A DNA stretch of 64,000 nt, from positions 14,543,094 to 14,607,093 of the forward strand of contig NC_068983.1 in NCBI RefSeq assembly GCF_001194135.2, written 5' to 3'. The notes below the pieces were generated by a model. It was not told the DNA's origin. It saw only the letters and a program-made list of their open reading frames with translations, and searched no databases. Each line of letters starts with the position of its first letter. Positions within the stretch are counted from its first letter, which is position 1. Below, in pieces: positions 1 to 12,769 of the stretch. The stretch comes from Octopus bimaculoides. Taxonomy: Eukaryota. The translations under genes and the position numbers were made by a program.

Positions 1-756
1 TGTTGTTATTATTATTATTATTACTGAGGTCACTGCCTGGAATCGAACTCGGAAGTAATTCACGATGAAGTGTTCTGACCAAAAACATGATGAAACATCA
101 ATAACATATTTCGACTCATGTTTCGTGATCAGGTTGTCCACTCTTTTGTCCATTCGGTCAGTTAGTCACGATGATTCTATTGCTGTTATCGTTGCTATAT
201 AACCTAAGGCCAGCTCAAATTACCAGGCAAACTTATGATGAAGGCCACTCTAATTGAGACAATCGTGTATTTTACTTCAGATGTAGACAATCTAAATCTA
301 CATTACCTAATGCATCGTCTGTTGTTTTTCCGAGACAACACGGTATAATTTGTTGGGGATTTCAATGCTTGCTTTAGGAGATCTGGCGATCATGGAAGCA
401 CTGTCAAATATACAGGTTGCCTCTTTATTAGCTTATAACCTTGACTTTAGTTAATCTTCATTTTTTTTTTCGGAGAGAAACGTATTGTAATAATTGAAAT
501 AACGACAGTAATTATATCATCATTATATTTACCTTTAATGCGTAGCCATTAAAGTGGCTACGAATAAACTATGTTCTTTAAGCAGGAAGCCGGGAAATAT
601 TATACTTAAAAAAAGAGTCGAATGAATGCCTAATAGTTATTTCATCTAATAAAATATATTATTCTTCCTTTATATTTCTATTAAGTTCCATATGTATAAC
701 AATCAGAAACGTGACGATCGTACTTATTGAACAATTCAAATATCACTTAAATATAC

Positions 757-895
757 TTCTCTCTCTCTCACTCGACCTTTTCTCTCTCTCTCACTCGACC
801 TTTTCTCTCTCTCTCACTCGACCTTTTCTCTCTCTCTCACTCGACCTTTTCTCTCTCTCTCACTCGATCTTTTCTCTCTCTCTCTCATCTTCTTT
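757..895. repeat. Minisatellite, about 22-24 bp unit (CT)n-CACTCGACCTTT, 4-5 copies
   Basis: Unit ctctctctcactcgacctttt repeated directly at 757-870, decaying into a CT tract. Confidence 0.9.
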
Positions 896-1361
896 TCTCT
901 CTTTATTTCTCTCTTACGCTCTGTCTGTTTACCTCCTGTTACTTTGTATATTTTAGCTGTCTACAATCAATGAGTGAGAACAGCTTCCAACAATTCCCTG
1001 AAATGTAAAATGTAGTCATAAAATGAGACAGTTGATGGAGGCACTAAAGAACACTAACTGAACAACAAAAACAAACAAACAAAAAAAAACAATAAACGCT
1101 TATGTGTTCCAGCAAGGTCAACCCTCGCAATATTGGGGAGCGACGATTAAAGATACATTTTATTGTTTGGTAATAGTCAAAAACAGGAAGTGCAGTTTTC
1201 AATGATATTCTTGCTGGGCCTGTTGTGAGTTATGAAAGAGAGACTTCCCCAGGAGAACAACTGGTACTCAAGAACTACGTCACAATCCACGGAGCTTCCA
1301 AATTGTCACAGTTTTCTCATTCTCACTCAAAATTGTCAACGATGGGCATAGACACGTGATT

Positions 1362-1592
1362 TTTTAAATTCTTTACTGCCCACAAGGGGCTACGCACAGG
1401 GGGGACAAACAAGGACAGACAAACGGATTAAGTCGATTAAATGGACCCCAGTGCATAACTGGTACTTATTTAATTGACCCCGAAAGGATGAAAGGCAAAG
1501 TCGGCCTCGGCAGAATTTGAACTCAGAACGTAGCGGCAGAGGAAATACTGCTAAGCATTTCGCCCGGCGTGCTAACGTTTCTGCCAGATCGC
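1362..1592 (-). mobile_element. tRNA-derived CORE-type SINE (family A) with 17-bp TSD
   Basis: Reverse complement has a tRNA-like head (tggcagaaacgttagc...gttcaaattc) and the CORE-like gactttgcctttcatcctttcggggtc segment. TSD ggcataga(c/a)acgtgatt at 1345-1361 and 1593-1609. Confidence 0.9.
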
Positions 1593-2547
1593 GGCATAGA
1601 AACGTGATTGCGAAGCGAGTGTTTAAGCACCCAACTCTCTCTGCGCACCTAGTAAGATAAAGTCCTGTGTCGAAGACCATGTCTCCGATGACGCCCATAT
1701 CTGCAAGGATGGAAATGCCTGAGCGATTCATTCACTTATTGACTCAGACCGTATTGTAAATTTACAGAAATCTATAAGTTGGATCTCAAGAATATTTCCT
1801 ATTTTACTGCTCCAAAGATTCCTATCTAGGTCTCTGGCAACAAAGCATATCGGAGGAATATTTTGCACGAATGATTATGACAAATTATGAGCAAGTGTAC
1901 CAACAGTTAAAGTTAAATTTTGTGGCTGACAATGTAACACGTGTATTTAGCCGTTGCGTTTACAAACCCTCTTTTTTTGTCTTTTCTTGATGACAGAAAA
2001 ATGTAGACAAAAAACAAATTCTTCAAGAGACAAACAATGCAATCACTTAATTGGATTGTCGTTCATGAAACTAAATTATTGTGCAAGTTTTGTTTACCGA
2101 GTCTCTCTAATTTCTCTCCACTTTATTGAGGCTTGTAGCCAAACTGACTGGAAAATTCTGGATATTTTTTGAATTATATACAATTCTGTAATCGCATGAA
2201 CAGGATAATGGCTCTAATGGACTAAAATGGTTGCATATCAAAGAGACAAATTCTGATATTATTCTTATTTTCTTTGCCCTTATTTTTGTTTTCTTATTTT
2301 ATATTTATTGTTGTTGTTGTTGTTGCATCTCTTTCTTGTGTGCTTTTTTAAAACTTTTTCTTTGTTTCAGCCATCAAATCTCAGGAGAATCTAGCATTAA
2401 AATATTTAGTAAATGGTAATGTTTTTATTTGGTTGGTGGAGGAATGGGGAGGCTGTATGTTGATTTAATTCGCTTATTTTCCATAACTGAAAACTGAAGA
2501 GCTTATTTCTTCTTATTTTTGTATTACAATTCATTAAATTACACTAA

Positions 2548-2548
2548 G

Positions 2549-2584
<36 letters not shown>

Positions 2585-2690
2585 GTAGTAGTAGTAGTAG
2601 CAGTATTATTATTTGTAGTAGTAGTAGTAGTAGTAGTTTAGTAGTAATAATAATAATAATAATATTATATTTATTATTGTTGTTGTTATT
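2548..2690. repeat. Compound trinucleotide microsatellite (ATT)n(AGT)n(AAT)n(TTG)n
   Basis: Directly visible. Confidence 0.95.
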
Positions 2691-2892
2691 AATATTCTTA
2701 TATGCGTATGTACTTTGCACGCACACACGTGTTTCTTTTATGTAACAAATACTGTCTCTGTATATATACCTATGCATAAAAATATATGGAAGTACATGTA
2801 TATTATATAAGCGTACTTGTATGCACAAACATACTGATACTATTACACACATACAAACAAACACACATTTATGTGAGTATGTGTGCATGTAA

Positions 2893-2929
<37 letters not shown>

Positions 2930-3392
2930 CATGTTGTGTGTGCGTATATGATATATGTAGAGAAAATGTCTGCATGAATGAAAATAAAAGCTAAATGTAA
3001 AACCATGTTATGCGTCGTTGATGGTGATTGTTGAAACCAAAATATATAAAGATTGATGTAGATATGACGAATCAAATGTTATACAAGTTCATTTTACGAA
3101 ACTTCAGTTAAAAAATTTATATTATGATGCTAAATATATTTAATGTTGATGTTTGTACATGGAAGAAAAAAACAAAACAAAACAAAATAAAAATACGGTA
3201 AAATGATTCTATTACAATATCGTAAGCAGTGCCAAAAATATTTTTGCTCTCAGAAAGCTTACGTTTGTGGAGTTTTTAGAGCACAATATTGAACAAAAGT
3301 TATTACACTACCAATTTACTTCTCATAGAAACTGAGTTCAGATCAGAGACAGTCAATCTGGATTTTCCTCGGGAGATCAATGATATAAGTGA

Positions 3393-3605
3393 AGGCGGTG
3401 AGCTGACAGACTCTTTAGCCCCTTGGACAAGAGTCTTTTGCGGTATTGCTTCTGGTGTTTTCCATTCTGAGTTCAAATTCCATCGAGGTCAACTTCGATT
3501 TTCAATCTTTCAGAATCGATAAAATAAATTATCGGCCAAGTAGTGGAATCGATGTAATCGACTTTTCTCCCAATTATAAAAATTACTGGCTTTGTGCTAA
3601 AATTT
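3393..3605 (+). mobile_element. Family A SINE, diverged
   Basis: ggcggtgagctgacagactc...gagttcaaattcc...gaggtcaacttcg...gatgtaatcgactt matches the other family A copies. Confidence 0.75.
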
Positions 3606-4154
3606 GATGATAAGGACGGTTAATCAATTCAATTACATCTTAACTTGTTGTTTATCTCAATTTCCGATCTAATCGATCCTTTACAGTTACGACCATTTCC
3701 ATAGTGTCCATAAGGAGTACGTTATTAACCGATTTGTGCTTCCGTCCTGTGGCTCTTTCTATGATGCACTGAGGCTGCAAAGAGGATCGCTTCACGGCCA
3801 TATTAGTAATTATGCAAAGTGATCCGTGGAGTACTACCTTTTGTGTAGATCTTCATAGAATTAAGAGCTGTTATTTATATAAACAGAGTTTGTTAAAAGT
3901 TCGAAATATGTAGCCAAAGCAGAGAAAGAGTGAGAGCGAAGTAGAGAAAGAGGCGGTGGGATAGAAAAAGAAAGGAAGAGAGAGGTAGAAAGAATGTGTA
4001 AATGTGTGAAGAACATAAATATGTGTATGTGTATTTTATACTAAACACACATACATACCTATGCAGATATATATACATACATATATACAGTCTGTTAAAG
4101 TCTGTCATACCGGCCATGATGAAATACCACAAGGTATAGAAAATACTATTCGCC

Positions 4155-4452
4155 TTTATATATTTAATCCTTTATACTGAATACTCAATATTTCATCTAT
4201 TCAATAAGACATATTCCATATATTCAATAAGACATTCAATACTTTATTTCATTGTACCATCCATTTTTATTTTATATTATATATTGTATATTATATTATA
4301 TATTTTATATTCCATATTCTATATCTCACATTGGTTTTGCAGGAATATAAATAAAACATAAAAAACAGACAGTGTTGGAACTCTTTTAAACAAAATAATA
4401 TATTCCTCTATACACAATCATACAAAACCCCTTTTTTGTATTTATTTTTACT

Positions 4453-4457
<5 letters not shown>
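4155..4457 (+). repeat. AT-rich dispersed repeat module, second copy at about 47325-47610; followed by (AT)n
   Basis: Near-identical text, e.g. gcaggaatataaataaaacataaaaaacagacagtgttggaactctttt...tatttatttttactcgc(AT)n, in both places. Confidence 0.9.
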
Positions 4458-4526
<69 letters not shown>

Positions 4527-5274
4527 CATATGTATATATATATGTGTATAATTATTAAATATTAGCGACGGAAGCAATATTAATGCCAAATCGTGGATGT
4601 TTTAATATCAGAGCACCGAATACTGTAGTGTCCACCTTGAGATGCCCTCTTATAGAAACACATGATACAAATAGCAAACACGCATATAGAAGTAGACGAG
4701 AACTGTCCGACATTGGTGCCAGAACTGCCTGATCACATGATTTCAACGTACAGGGCTCCCTCGATGGCAGGGGTCCAGTTGCCATATACCACCGAGTTCT
4801 CGCAGCTGTCAGTATATAGAACAACAGTGGTTTTTCAATCACTGCTGTCGCACATGCACAAAGGGTGCTCTAGTTATTGTTATTCCGTTGCTTATTTTGC
4901 ATCATTATGCTATACTAAAGTTCGAGAGTGCATCCTGATGAACAGTGGAAAGAATGATACTAGTCGTTTCGATCCCCCATTCAAAGCTCACAAAAAGTCC
5001 TGTGTCTAACCACTGAGCCTAATTTTACAGTGACGGTAAATATATATGGATATGAGTTCAAATACTTATCTCATCACGGGAGGTACCAATAATTATCTTT
5101 ATGAATGATAAGAAGAAAAAATAGAAATTCATTTGTATTTCAAATTTTGGTACTATACTGCAAATGTCTTTTCGGTAATTAAAGATATTCTGTTTAAAAT
5201 TTTGGTGAAGAGGGATACTTGACTGCATCAATGAAAGTGTTCAACTTTTATATTATAATTTATAGATTGCAGAA

Positions 5275-5725
5275 AGACAAAATGCAAAGTCGGCTCCGTT
5301 GGAATTTGAACGAAAAGCATCGGAAGATATGCGGGCTAGCATTTTGTCAGGTGTGGTAAGGATTTTAGCAGCTTGTCAATTTTTGCAGTGCAAATATTGG
5401 TTTCAAATTTTGGCATAAAACCAGAAAGTTCGGGGACGGGGTATGTCGACTACACCGACCTCAGTGTTCAAATGGTACGCATTTAATCGCGCCCAAAGGA
5501 CGAAAGGCAAATTCAACCTCGGCGGAATTTGAACTCATAACATTAAAGACGGACAAAATGCCGCTAAGCATTTCTTCCAGCGTGCTAAGGATTCTGCAAA
5601 TTCGCCGCCTTTAAAGGTAAAGTTTACCTCGGTGGAATTTGAACTTAGAACATAAAAATGGACAATATGATTAAGAAATATTTTGTCCGGCGTGCTAACG
5701 ATTCTGCCACCTCGCAGCCTCATCG
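5275..5725 (-). mobile_element. Cluster of 3-4 stacked family A SINE fragments
   Basis: Repeated ggaatttgaac(t/g) B-box reverse complements at about 5300, 5525 and 5635, and ctaagcattt...cgtgctaacgattctgcc heads. Confidence 0.75.
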
Positions 5726-6778
5726 CCACATTTATCTAAGTGTTGAATAAATAAATGGTTACAATTGTGCTTTTACATAATATGTACCTAGGAGTAAGAG
5801 TTCATTCCTACTATGAGACCATTAGTCTTAATGAATGCCACATAACACTTCTACAAAAACCAAACGTAATCAACCACACCGTCCGTCCAATAGTAGCTAC
5901 TTATTTGAACTCTTACCGTCATTACAGATGTCTTAAAACTTGTTGCCTTCGTACCACTTAAGGCCTAAACTGTTTACCGTGTAATGACCTTAAGTTTATA
6001 CAGACTTTGCACAAACGAATAGGATTTACGTCTTAAACATGAAAATCAAATTTATATTGATAATGGAATATGAAATTTTGACGTTCGTGTTTTTCCTTAA
6101 GACATTGACAATAACTGAAGTAGTTCTCTCCAATGATAGTGGCAGACACGCTGAAAGAAAATTTAATGCGTTGCTAAATCATGAAGCTATTCTTCCTCCT
6201 TCAGAACTGTATCGGGCAGTGAACTTTTCATAAATTTTCTGTGAGATTGTAATATATAAAGCTAATAATGATTTGTAACATAGACGCAGGCATATAGTCG
6301 TATAGTTAAAATGCTCGGTTAGGTTTATATAATTGTATGATTAAGTCTGACTTCGAAACGAATGTGTTTCCGAGTTCGATTTGACAGCAGGAATCTTTGC
6401 GAAAGTAACCTCTACAATAAACTCGGATTGACCCTTATGTTGTGAGTAGCATTTTGTAGAAGTAAACTCTGCAGGAGATCGTTGCATAAAACACACACAC
6501 ACACACACACATACACACACACGTACATATACAGAGTTGGCTAAACGTCACGTACTAAAAGATTTGACATTTTATTTACATTATTATCAGGTTTTGTTGG
6601 TAATCTGGAATTTTGCATGCGTAGCGGGCTTGCTACATACCTGCAGTCTAAGGTACCATGTTATCAGGTTTTTTTTTTAGCTATCTAATACTTTCCTGAA
6701 TATTCTGGCGTGCTACGGAGGCAAACCTTTTGTAACAGTTCTACTTGGCACTCTATTCCAATTTCCTTGATATTCCTC

Positions 6779-7495
6779 TTATTATTATTATTCAGTAGTT
6801 TTATTTTTATAGCGTGCTTTCACTTCACTACCGACCGCAGCTCTGTGTGCCTTGGGTATGTGCTGTGGTTTGCTGTGATGCTCTTATGGTTACTGTATTG
6901 AAAGTGTTTTGTGTAGGATGTGTGCAGTGCCCAGTAGTGCAATTTTCTGTATGTTATATATACTTGTAAGACCTGGTGTTTTTGTTATGCATTTGTCTGA
7001 ATATCTTTTTATCATACCTAAGGCGCCTACTATGATAGGAATTGTTTCTGGTTTTAGATTCCACATTCGTGTTACCTCTATTTCCAGGTCTTTGTATTTT
7101 AAAAGTTTCTCCATTTCTCTTAGAGAAACGTTGACATCTGCTGGTATTGATACATCAATTAGAATGCATTTTTTCTTCAGGATCTCTGACAACAATATCT
7201 GGCCTATTGGCCTTAATTTCTCTATCTGTGTGTATTGGCATATCCCAGAGTATGGTTGCTTTCTCGTTTTCTGTGACCTTTTCTGGCGTGTGTTTATACC
7301 ATCTTTTTTCTGTTGTTATTCCATAGTATTGGCATAGCCTCCATTGTATGTAGGTCCCAGCTCTGTCATGTCTGTGAATATATTCCTTCTTAGCCAGGAG
7401 TGGGCAGCCAGAGATAATATGATTTATTGTTTCTTGTGCATCGCCACCTATTCTACAGTTACTTGTTATGTTTCTTTTCGTTTTACGTTTCGGGT
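6779..7495 (-). mobile_element. 5'-truncated R4/Dong-clade (restriction-like endonuclease) non-LTR retrotransposon, 3' end
   Basis: Minus-strand translation CRI(G)GDAQETINHIISGCP...HDRAG...ILWDMPIHTDREIKANRPDIVVRD [1-nt frameshift] KKCILIDVSIPAD...EKLLKYKDL...IPIIVGALG: CCHC knuckle plus PD-(D/E)xK RLE. Stop at 6890, 3'UTR, then a (TAA)n tail at 6779-6792. Confidence 0.9.
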
Positions 7496-7499
7496 AATT

Positions 7500-7680
7500 T
7501 CTGGTGGGGAGGGACCAGTCGATTACATTGATCCTACTGAATAACTGGTACTTAATTTATCGACCCCGAGAGGATGAAAGGCAAAGTCGACCCCGGCGGT
7601 ATTTGAACTCAGAACATGATGGTAGACGAAATAACGCTAAGCATTTCGCCCGGCATGCTAACGATTCTGCCAGCTGGCCA
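7500..7680 (-). mobile_element. Family A SINE
   Basis: ctggtacttaatttatcgaccccgagaggatgaaaggcaaagtcgacc...gtatttgaactc...ctgccagctggcc. Confidence 0.9.
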
Positions 7681-8132
7681 CCTTTACGGCAGATAAATAA
7701 TGTGTTGCTTTTAAGGAAAGGGAGAAATCTTTTCGGATTAAAAAATAAAAACAGTGAGCATTAAGGGCTGGAAACAGAACAATCGCGGACTCTTGATAGC
7801 CAGAACATTCTCTATCCAATACTATTGACGTTTAAGATTCTTTATCAAGAAATATCTCTTGCTCAAAATATACAGAATATAAATTATCTTCTTCGCTCTC
7901 AACATAAACCGCTGTATTTGATGTGGATTAAATATGCACATGAAAGAGTACTATGAGGGTAAGAAGATGGCATTTAATATTTAATCACATCACCGACATG
8001 CTTCCCAAGAGTCCCCTCGTCTTTCCTTTGGTGTTTTCCCTACATTTCTCGTCCCAATTTAAATACAAAGAACCATTCCAATTTTAAACTTCAACCTCTC
8101 TTGTTCTTTTCTAGGTTTAATCAATTAAAAAT

Positions 8133-8298
8133 TGTTATGTCACAACCCTACTGCTATCTAGCACCTTCGAATGATCTCTACTCAACCGATACACAACTAC
8201 TACTCGACTGCTACTCAACACACCTACCACGGCCAGATTACCTCTATTTATATGTCTTGGAAGATCCAACTTCTCCGCCTGGGGGCGTCAACACAACA
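8133..8298 (-). mobile_element. Putative solo LTR, 166 bp
   Basis: Begins TGTTATGT and ends ACACAACA (TG...CA, inverted termini), flanked by 5-bp direct repeat AAAAT (8128-8132, 8299-8303). TATAAATA on the minus strand at 8245-8252. Confidence 0.65.
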
Positions 8299-9289
8299 AA
8301 AATATTATCATGCACGTATCCGCATTTTTCCAGTGTATCCTCTTATTTCACAAGCAATGTTTCCTGTAGATAAAAAATAGTACTGAGGCAAAAATAATAT
8401 ACACATAAAAGCTAAACAATTTAACAATGTTTTTTCATAAATTTTCATAAAATTTAAACGTTCTATAAAGCCTTCTGTTTAATTCATAAGGAAATTACTT
8501 TTTGATCATTGCTGTATCATTACTAGTTTACTCGGATTCGAATATATTACTAGCAGAAAATTATTTATTTATAAATTGTTATTTTTTATTTCAGATGGGA
8601 ATTTTATTGATTTTAGTTTATTAATTAAGCCTTTGGTTTTAGATAATTTATTTTAGACAGTCAAGATGTCTTCGTGATTTAAAATAGCTCATGCGGTGAG
8701 TTGATAACTGCATAATATAATCACGTGTAAGAATATGTGTACAGACAGTGCTCAGAAATATGGAAAATAAATATTTCCAGTGTAATATGTATAAGTTCAC
8801 TCGAAGATACCCACCTTCAAGTGTATGGGACATATGATTAGTCTCATGTATGGGAAATATGATTAGTTGCAAGGTGTAATTACAAATGGCTCCGTTCATA
8901 GAATGTCTACAGCATTTAATAAATACACTAGGGCCTGAAATCGAGTGAAGAAAGAACGGGTCGTTGTGGCGCAGCCATACGTCTAGGAGCACCATGACGT
9001 TGTCCAGTTTTCTTTTCTGGAGTCATTCTGTCCTCATTAGATGGTTTAACGTCCATATATATTATAGGTCTGAACGGCTTAAAATATTTAATTTGACGAG
9101 TTAATATAATTAAGAAAAGTGCCGAATGTCCGCTGAGAAAATATGCAGTCTTATTTCCAAAATTCTGTTTAGTAAGACTACTAAATAATTTCAAAATAAA
9201 GCTAATTTCATTAAAATTAAAATCAATAGATCTTAATGGCTTCTATTCATCGTCTGTTCTAACAAATTTTTACATAATTCAAGTATAAT

Positions 9290-11570
9290 CAGAGGCGTCT
9301 AGCAACGCCATTTTGGTTCCAGTAGTGGCCGCTCCATTATCTCAGTCATCATCAACACAAGTAGTCAACGAAACTGACCCTAGATTTGCTTCTATTACTC
9401 AACCAAATCAACCGATGAATTTCAATTTTCCCAGGCGGACATTTGGCAACCAGAAACAATGTTTTCAATTAATTTGGTTCAATGCTTTTTATTTCATTCA
9501 TTATAACCAAACATCCGATAACAGTTTTTTTTTTAATTCTTGCAAAGTATTGCGCAAAAATCAAAACTATAGTATGTCACATGTAAAGTAAAAGCGGTTT
9601 CAATGGAACAATTTTTTAATCGGAACGAGAAAGTACCAATGCGTCGAGAAATAACAACTTTCTTAGGTTTCCTGGCCTGATATTGAATCGGAAATGCTCA
9701 TTCCTAAATGCGGTAATGTTAGAAAATTGTTGAAGAAAACAACAAGAAAACATATGCAAACAAATTATAAATGCCTAATAAAAATTGATGAGTATTTGCG
9801 CTTCCTTTGCTAGCAAGGAAAATCCGTGCAAGGAAATGTTGAAGACTCATCTAGTTCCATACCTTTGTACAAAAGAGACGGAAAGATGATCCTGATTTTC
9901 TGGTTTTGGTCAAAGCAGTAAATATAGCGAAGTAACTTATCTAAGCAATAAAATAAGTTGTAGGATGCTCAGATTCTAAAAGCTCATGAACAAATCCAAC
10001 ATCGCTTAAAGAAGTTATCAGGAACAACTATAATTTTTCCTGTATTGTTTCACAATATTCATTGTCTTAGTAAAGACTGTCCAGATTAGAGACTCTACGA
10101 TGCTGGAGTTAATCAGCATTTAATCAAACCATAATTACATTATCCCTCATCAGTCAACAGAATATTGAGAGTTATTCATTTCTTTGTTTTTCGTGAGGAG
10201 AAACAAAACTTTCTTTCATTTTCTTAGAGAAATCATGATTCACATATCCTTGTCAACCAATAATATGGTGGTGGTGCTATACATTCCTTACAGTCACTAG
10301 CACATATTTAAATTAGGTTGTTGTATCGATTCGTCTTCCTGTTATCTGCATCAGACAATTTTTCTTCCAGTCTGACAGCTCTAAAAAAATAAAGCATTTC
10401 ATAAGCACCCTCCAAATTATACAGTGTGGTCCTTGTTTAGTTACAACTATAGAGTGAGTGTTACTTTTCTATAATCTTATTTCTTCGGTTAAGCAGTAAA
10501 TCTGACGTCATATTCCATTTTCCATCACATTCGATAAATGTATATATTTCAAGTGCAGCTTTTGGGGCTCTCCGTTCCCCTCTCCGTTAAACAGCCCTTT
10601 TCCTAGTCTATCATATACTATTAGTTCTTTTAATAAATTTTCTTTGCTGTTACAATGCTTCCACTATCTCAACTAAGACCCAATTACTCCGGTTTGCATA
10701 AATATTTGTTTTCATTCAATCTCAGTATCTAAAATTCTATACAAGTTGCGTTTTTCTATTTTTGCTTTTATTATTATTAGTGCTTTACTTGGTGGAGTAG
10801 TCAAAAGCTACTTTCGATTATTGTTAGTGTATGTACCAATTCATCTAACAAAACCAGATTATGATGTCAATGACACATTTCTAGCAATAAAAATATTTTT
10901 AGCCAGAGATACATCGACAATATTTTCAGTCATCGTTGAATCATTGATGTCCTTTGAGAGCCGATTGAAAGTATATCTATAGAGATGTAGAAAATTAGTT
11001 TTTTTACAAAACCAGGATCGTGCGGAGAGAACAAAAAAGTCGGGAATGGTATGGCTAACCTTACGGAAAATTTCAACTAATGGCTTTAGTAGGACATTTC
11101 GAAGCAAATTCAGATATTATCTGATAGGATTAGCAGCAGCAAGAAGATTGTTACTTGAGATAAGTATTTATGAAAAAGAGAGAAATTTCCATGGTGAGTT
11201 GAAGAATAACCTCCCAAAGCATGAATTAGCTTAAAAGAAAATTAATGATTGCTAACATCTAAATTTGGAGTGCAACTAAATAGGCCGCATACACAGCTTG
11301 CTATTAACGATTTTCAAATAATTATTTAGTCATATATGACTGCTGTTGAGGGTATGTACACTCACAGCTAAATGCTGCTTTTCTGGACATTATTATTCTA
11401 TACTAGATTCATATGAATTTTTTAAATTTGTTCTTTGGGTTAAAGCTCTGCCATCACATTTTCTGTCATACAGACAGTGTATGAAAGTTAGTGCAAACAT
11501 TTAAAATGTTTTGAAAAGATAGTCAGTGGGTTGCTGAACTTATCAACGAAATTTTGGAAAATGCGGAATA
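9290..11570 (+). pseudogene. Decayed hAT transposase (ZMYM1-like, TTF-type zinc finger N-terminus)
   Basis: FPRRTFGNQKQCFQLIWFNAFYFIHYNQTSDNSF(fs)FLQSIA at 9430-9560 matches the TTF Zn-finger start. KCLIKIDEYLRFLC*QG...RKDDPD at 9765-9895 matches the DUF4371 region. Many stops and frameshifts; termini not found. Confidence 0.75.
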
Positions 11571-12444
11571 GGGATTTATTTTATACAATCTATAATTATA
11601 TGCAAAGGTAATGAGTACAATATTTTGTCTCAGAGTATATATTATGAAGAATTAGATATCCATTGAGGTACAGACATCGCCATCGACAGCTCGCGGCCGT
11701 TATAGGCGCTTGCATTTTGAAGCCGTAGACAAACATTCTCTTAACATTTTCATCGGGCAGGTTATGAGGTATATTGAAAACTGGAGACAATGCTTGTGAA
11801 AAGTGCTCACCAACAGGAACACACCATTCGAAATCCTTTTTATAAGGAGAAGATATACCTTGTTCAGTTGACATTGCTGTTAATAAATGAGAAAAGAACA
11901 TGCTGATGGCATCCACATAATATCTCCAATTTGTAATATATGTTACCTATTACTAGTAATTCTCGCAAATTCCATATCGGCAAAAAAACGTACATACTTT
12001 TCGGTGAAGAGTGATGCAAAAGAGATTAAAATCTCCGCAAATAATACTGTATAATAAAGAACTGACAGACAAAACACGCCAGATTGTAACTGTTGAGGAC
12101 AGTATCCATCAAGTAATGGAGTCGATAATCAACTTTTCATCCACTGAAATTTAAGGAACTGTATCAATCTACGAATTTTATATTAATTTATAATTACACA
12201 TACAAATGTAAAAGTTTGGACGTTAATGAATATTTTGACTATTGTCACACCATGCTCACATTTATTTTTCATTAGCTACATACCTTTCAAGATAATAATA
12301 GTTCCGAGAAGTAACTATTTTGTGTATATTTTCACAAACCAGTTTATTTATGAAATACATCGGCGAATAAGACTGTAATTTTTTTCTTCAAATTATTAAC
12401 CACATCTTTGGAGATAAATTGTGTTTCAATATTTACATTAACAA

Positions 12445-12660
12445 AGGCGCGAGCTCGCAGGAACGTTAGCACACCGGGCGAAATGCTTAGCGGTATTTCG
12501 TCTATCTTTACGTTCTGAGTTCAAATTCCGCTGAGGTCGACTTTGCCCTTCATCCTTACGGAGTCGATAAATTAAGTACCAGTTGCGTACTGAGTCGATC
12601 TAATCGACTGGCCTCCTCCTCCAAAATTTCGGGCTTTGTGCCTAGAACAGAAAAGAATAT
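12445..12660 (+). mobile_element. Family A SINE
   Basis: ggcgcgagctcgcaggaacgttagcacaccgggcgaaatgcttagcgg...gttcaaattccgctgaggtcgactttgcc...gggctttgtgcctagaacagaaaag. Confidence 0.9.
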
Positions 12661-12769
12661 TTACATTAACATTTTGGTGGGTTTCATGTGAAATATACTA
12701 CAGGTGTTTTTGTCATAGATTTGTACACATTGCCGGTAAGAATTCAACTTACAAAGATTTTGTTCGTAT

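Noticed and set aside
757-895. Regularly spaced short repeats resembling a CRISPR array
   Set aside because: No unique spacers, eukaryotic context, no cas genes; it is a CT-based minisatellite
1390-1731. 113-aa minus-strand ORF that looks protein-like
   Set aside because: Mostly a family A SINE plus a decayed family C head; no independent coding evidence
8654-8695. Plus-strand micro-exon with a strong GCG|gtgagt donor
   Set aside because: Stops in all three frames and no supporting neighbours; cannot be told from a pseudo-exon
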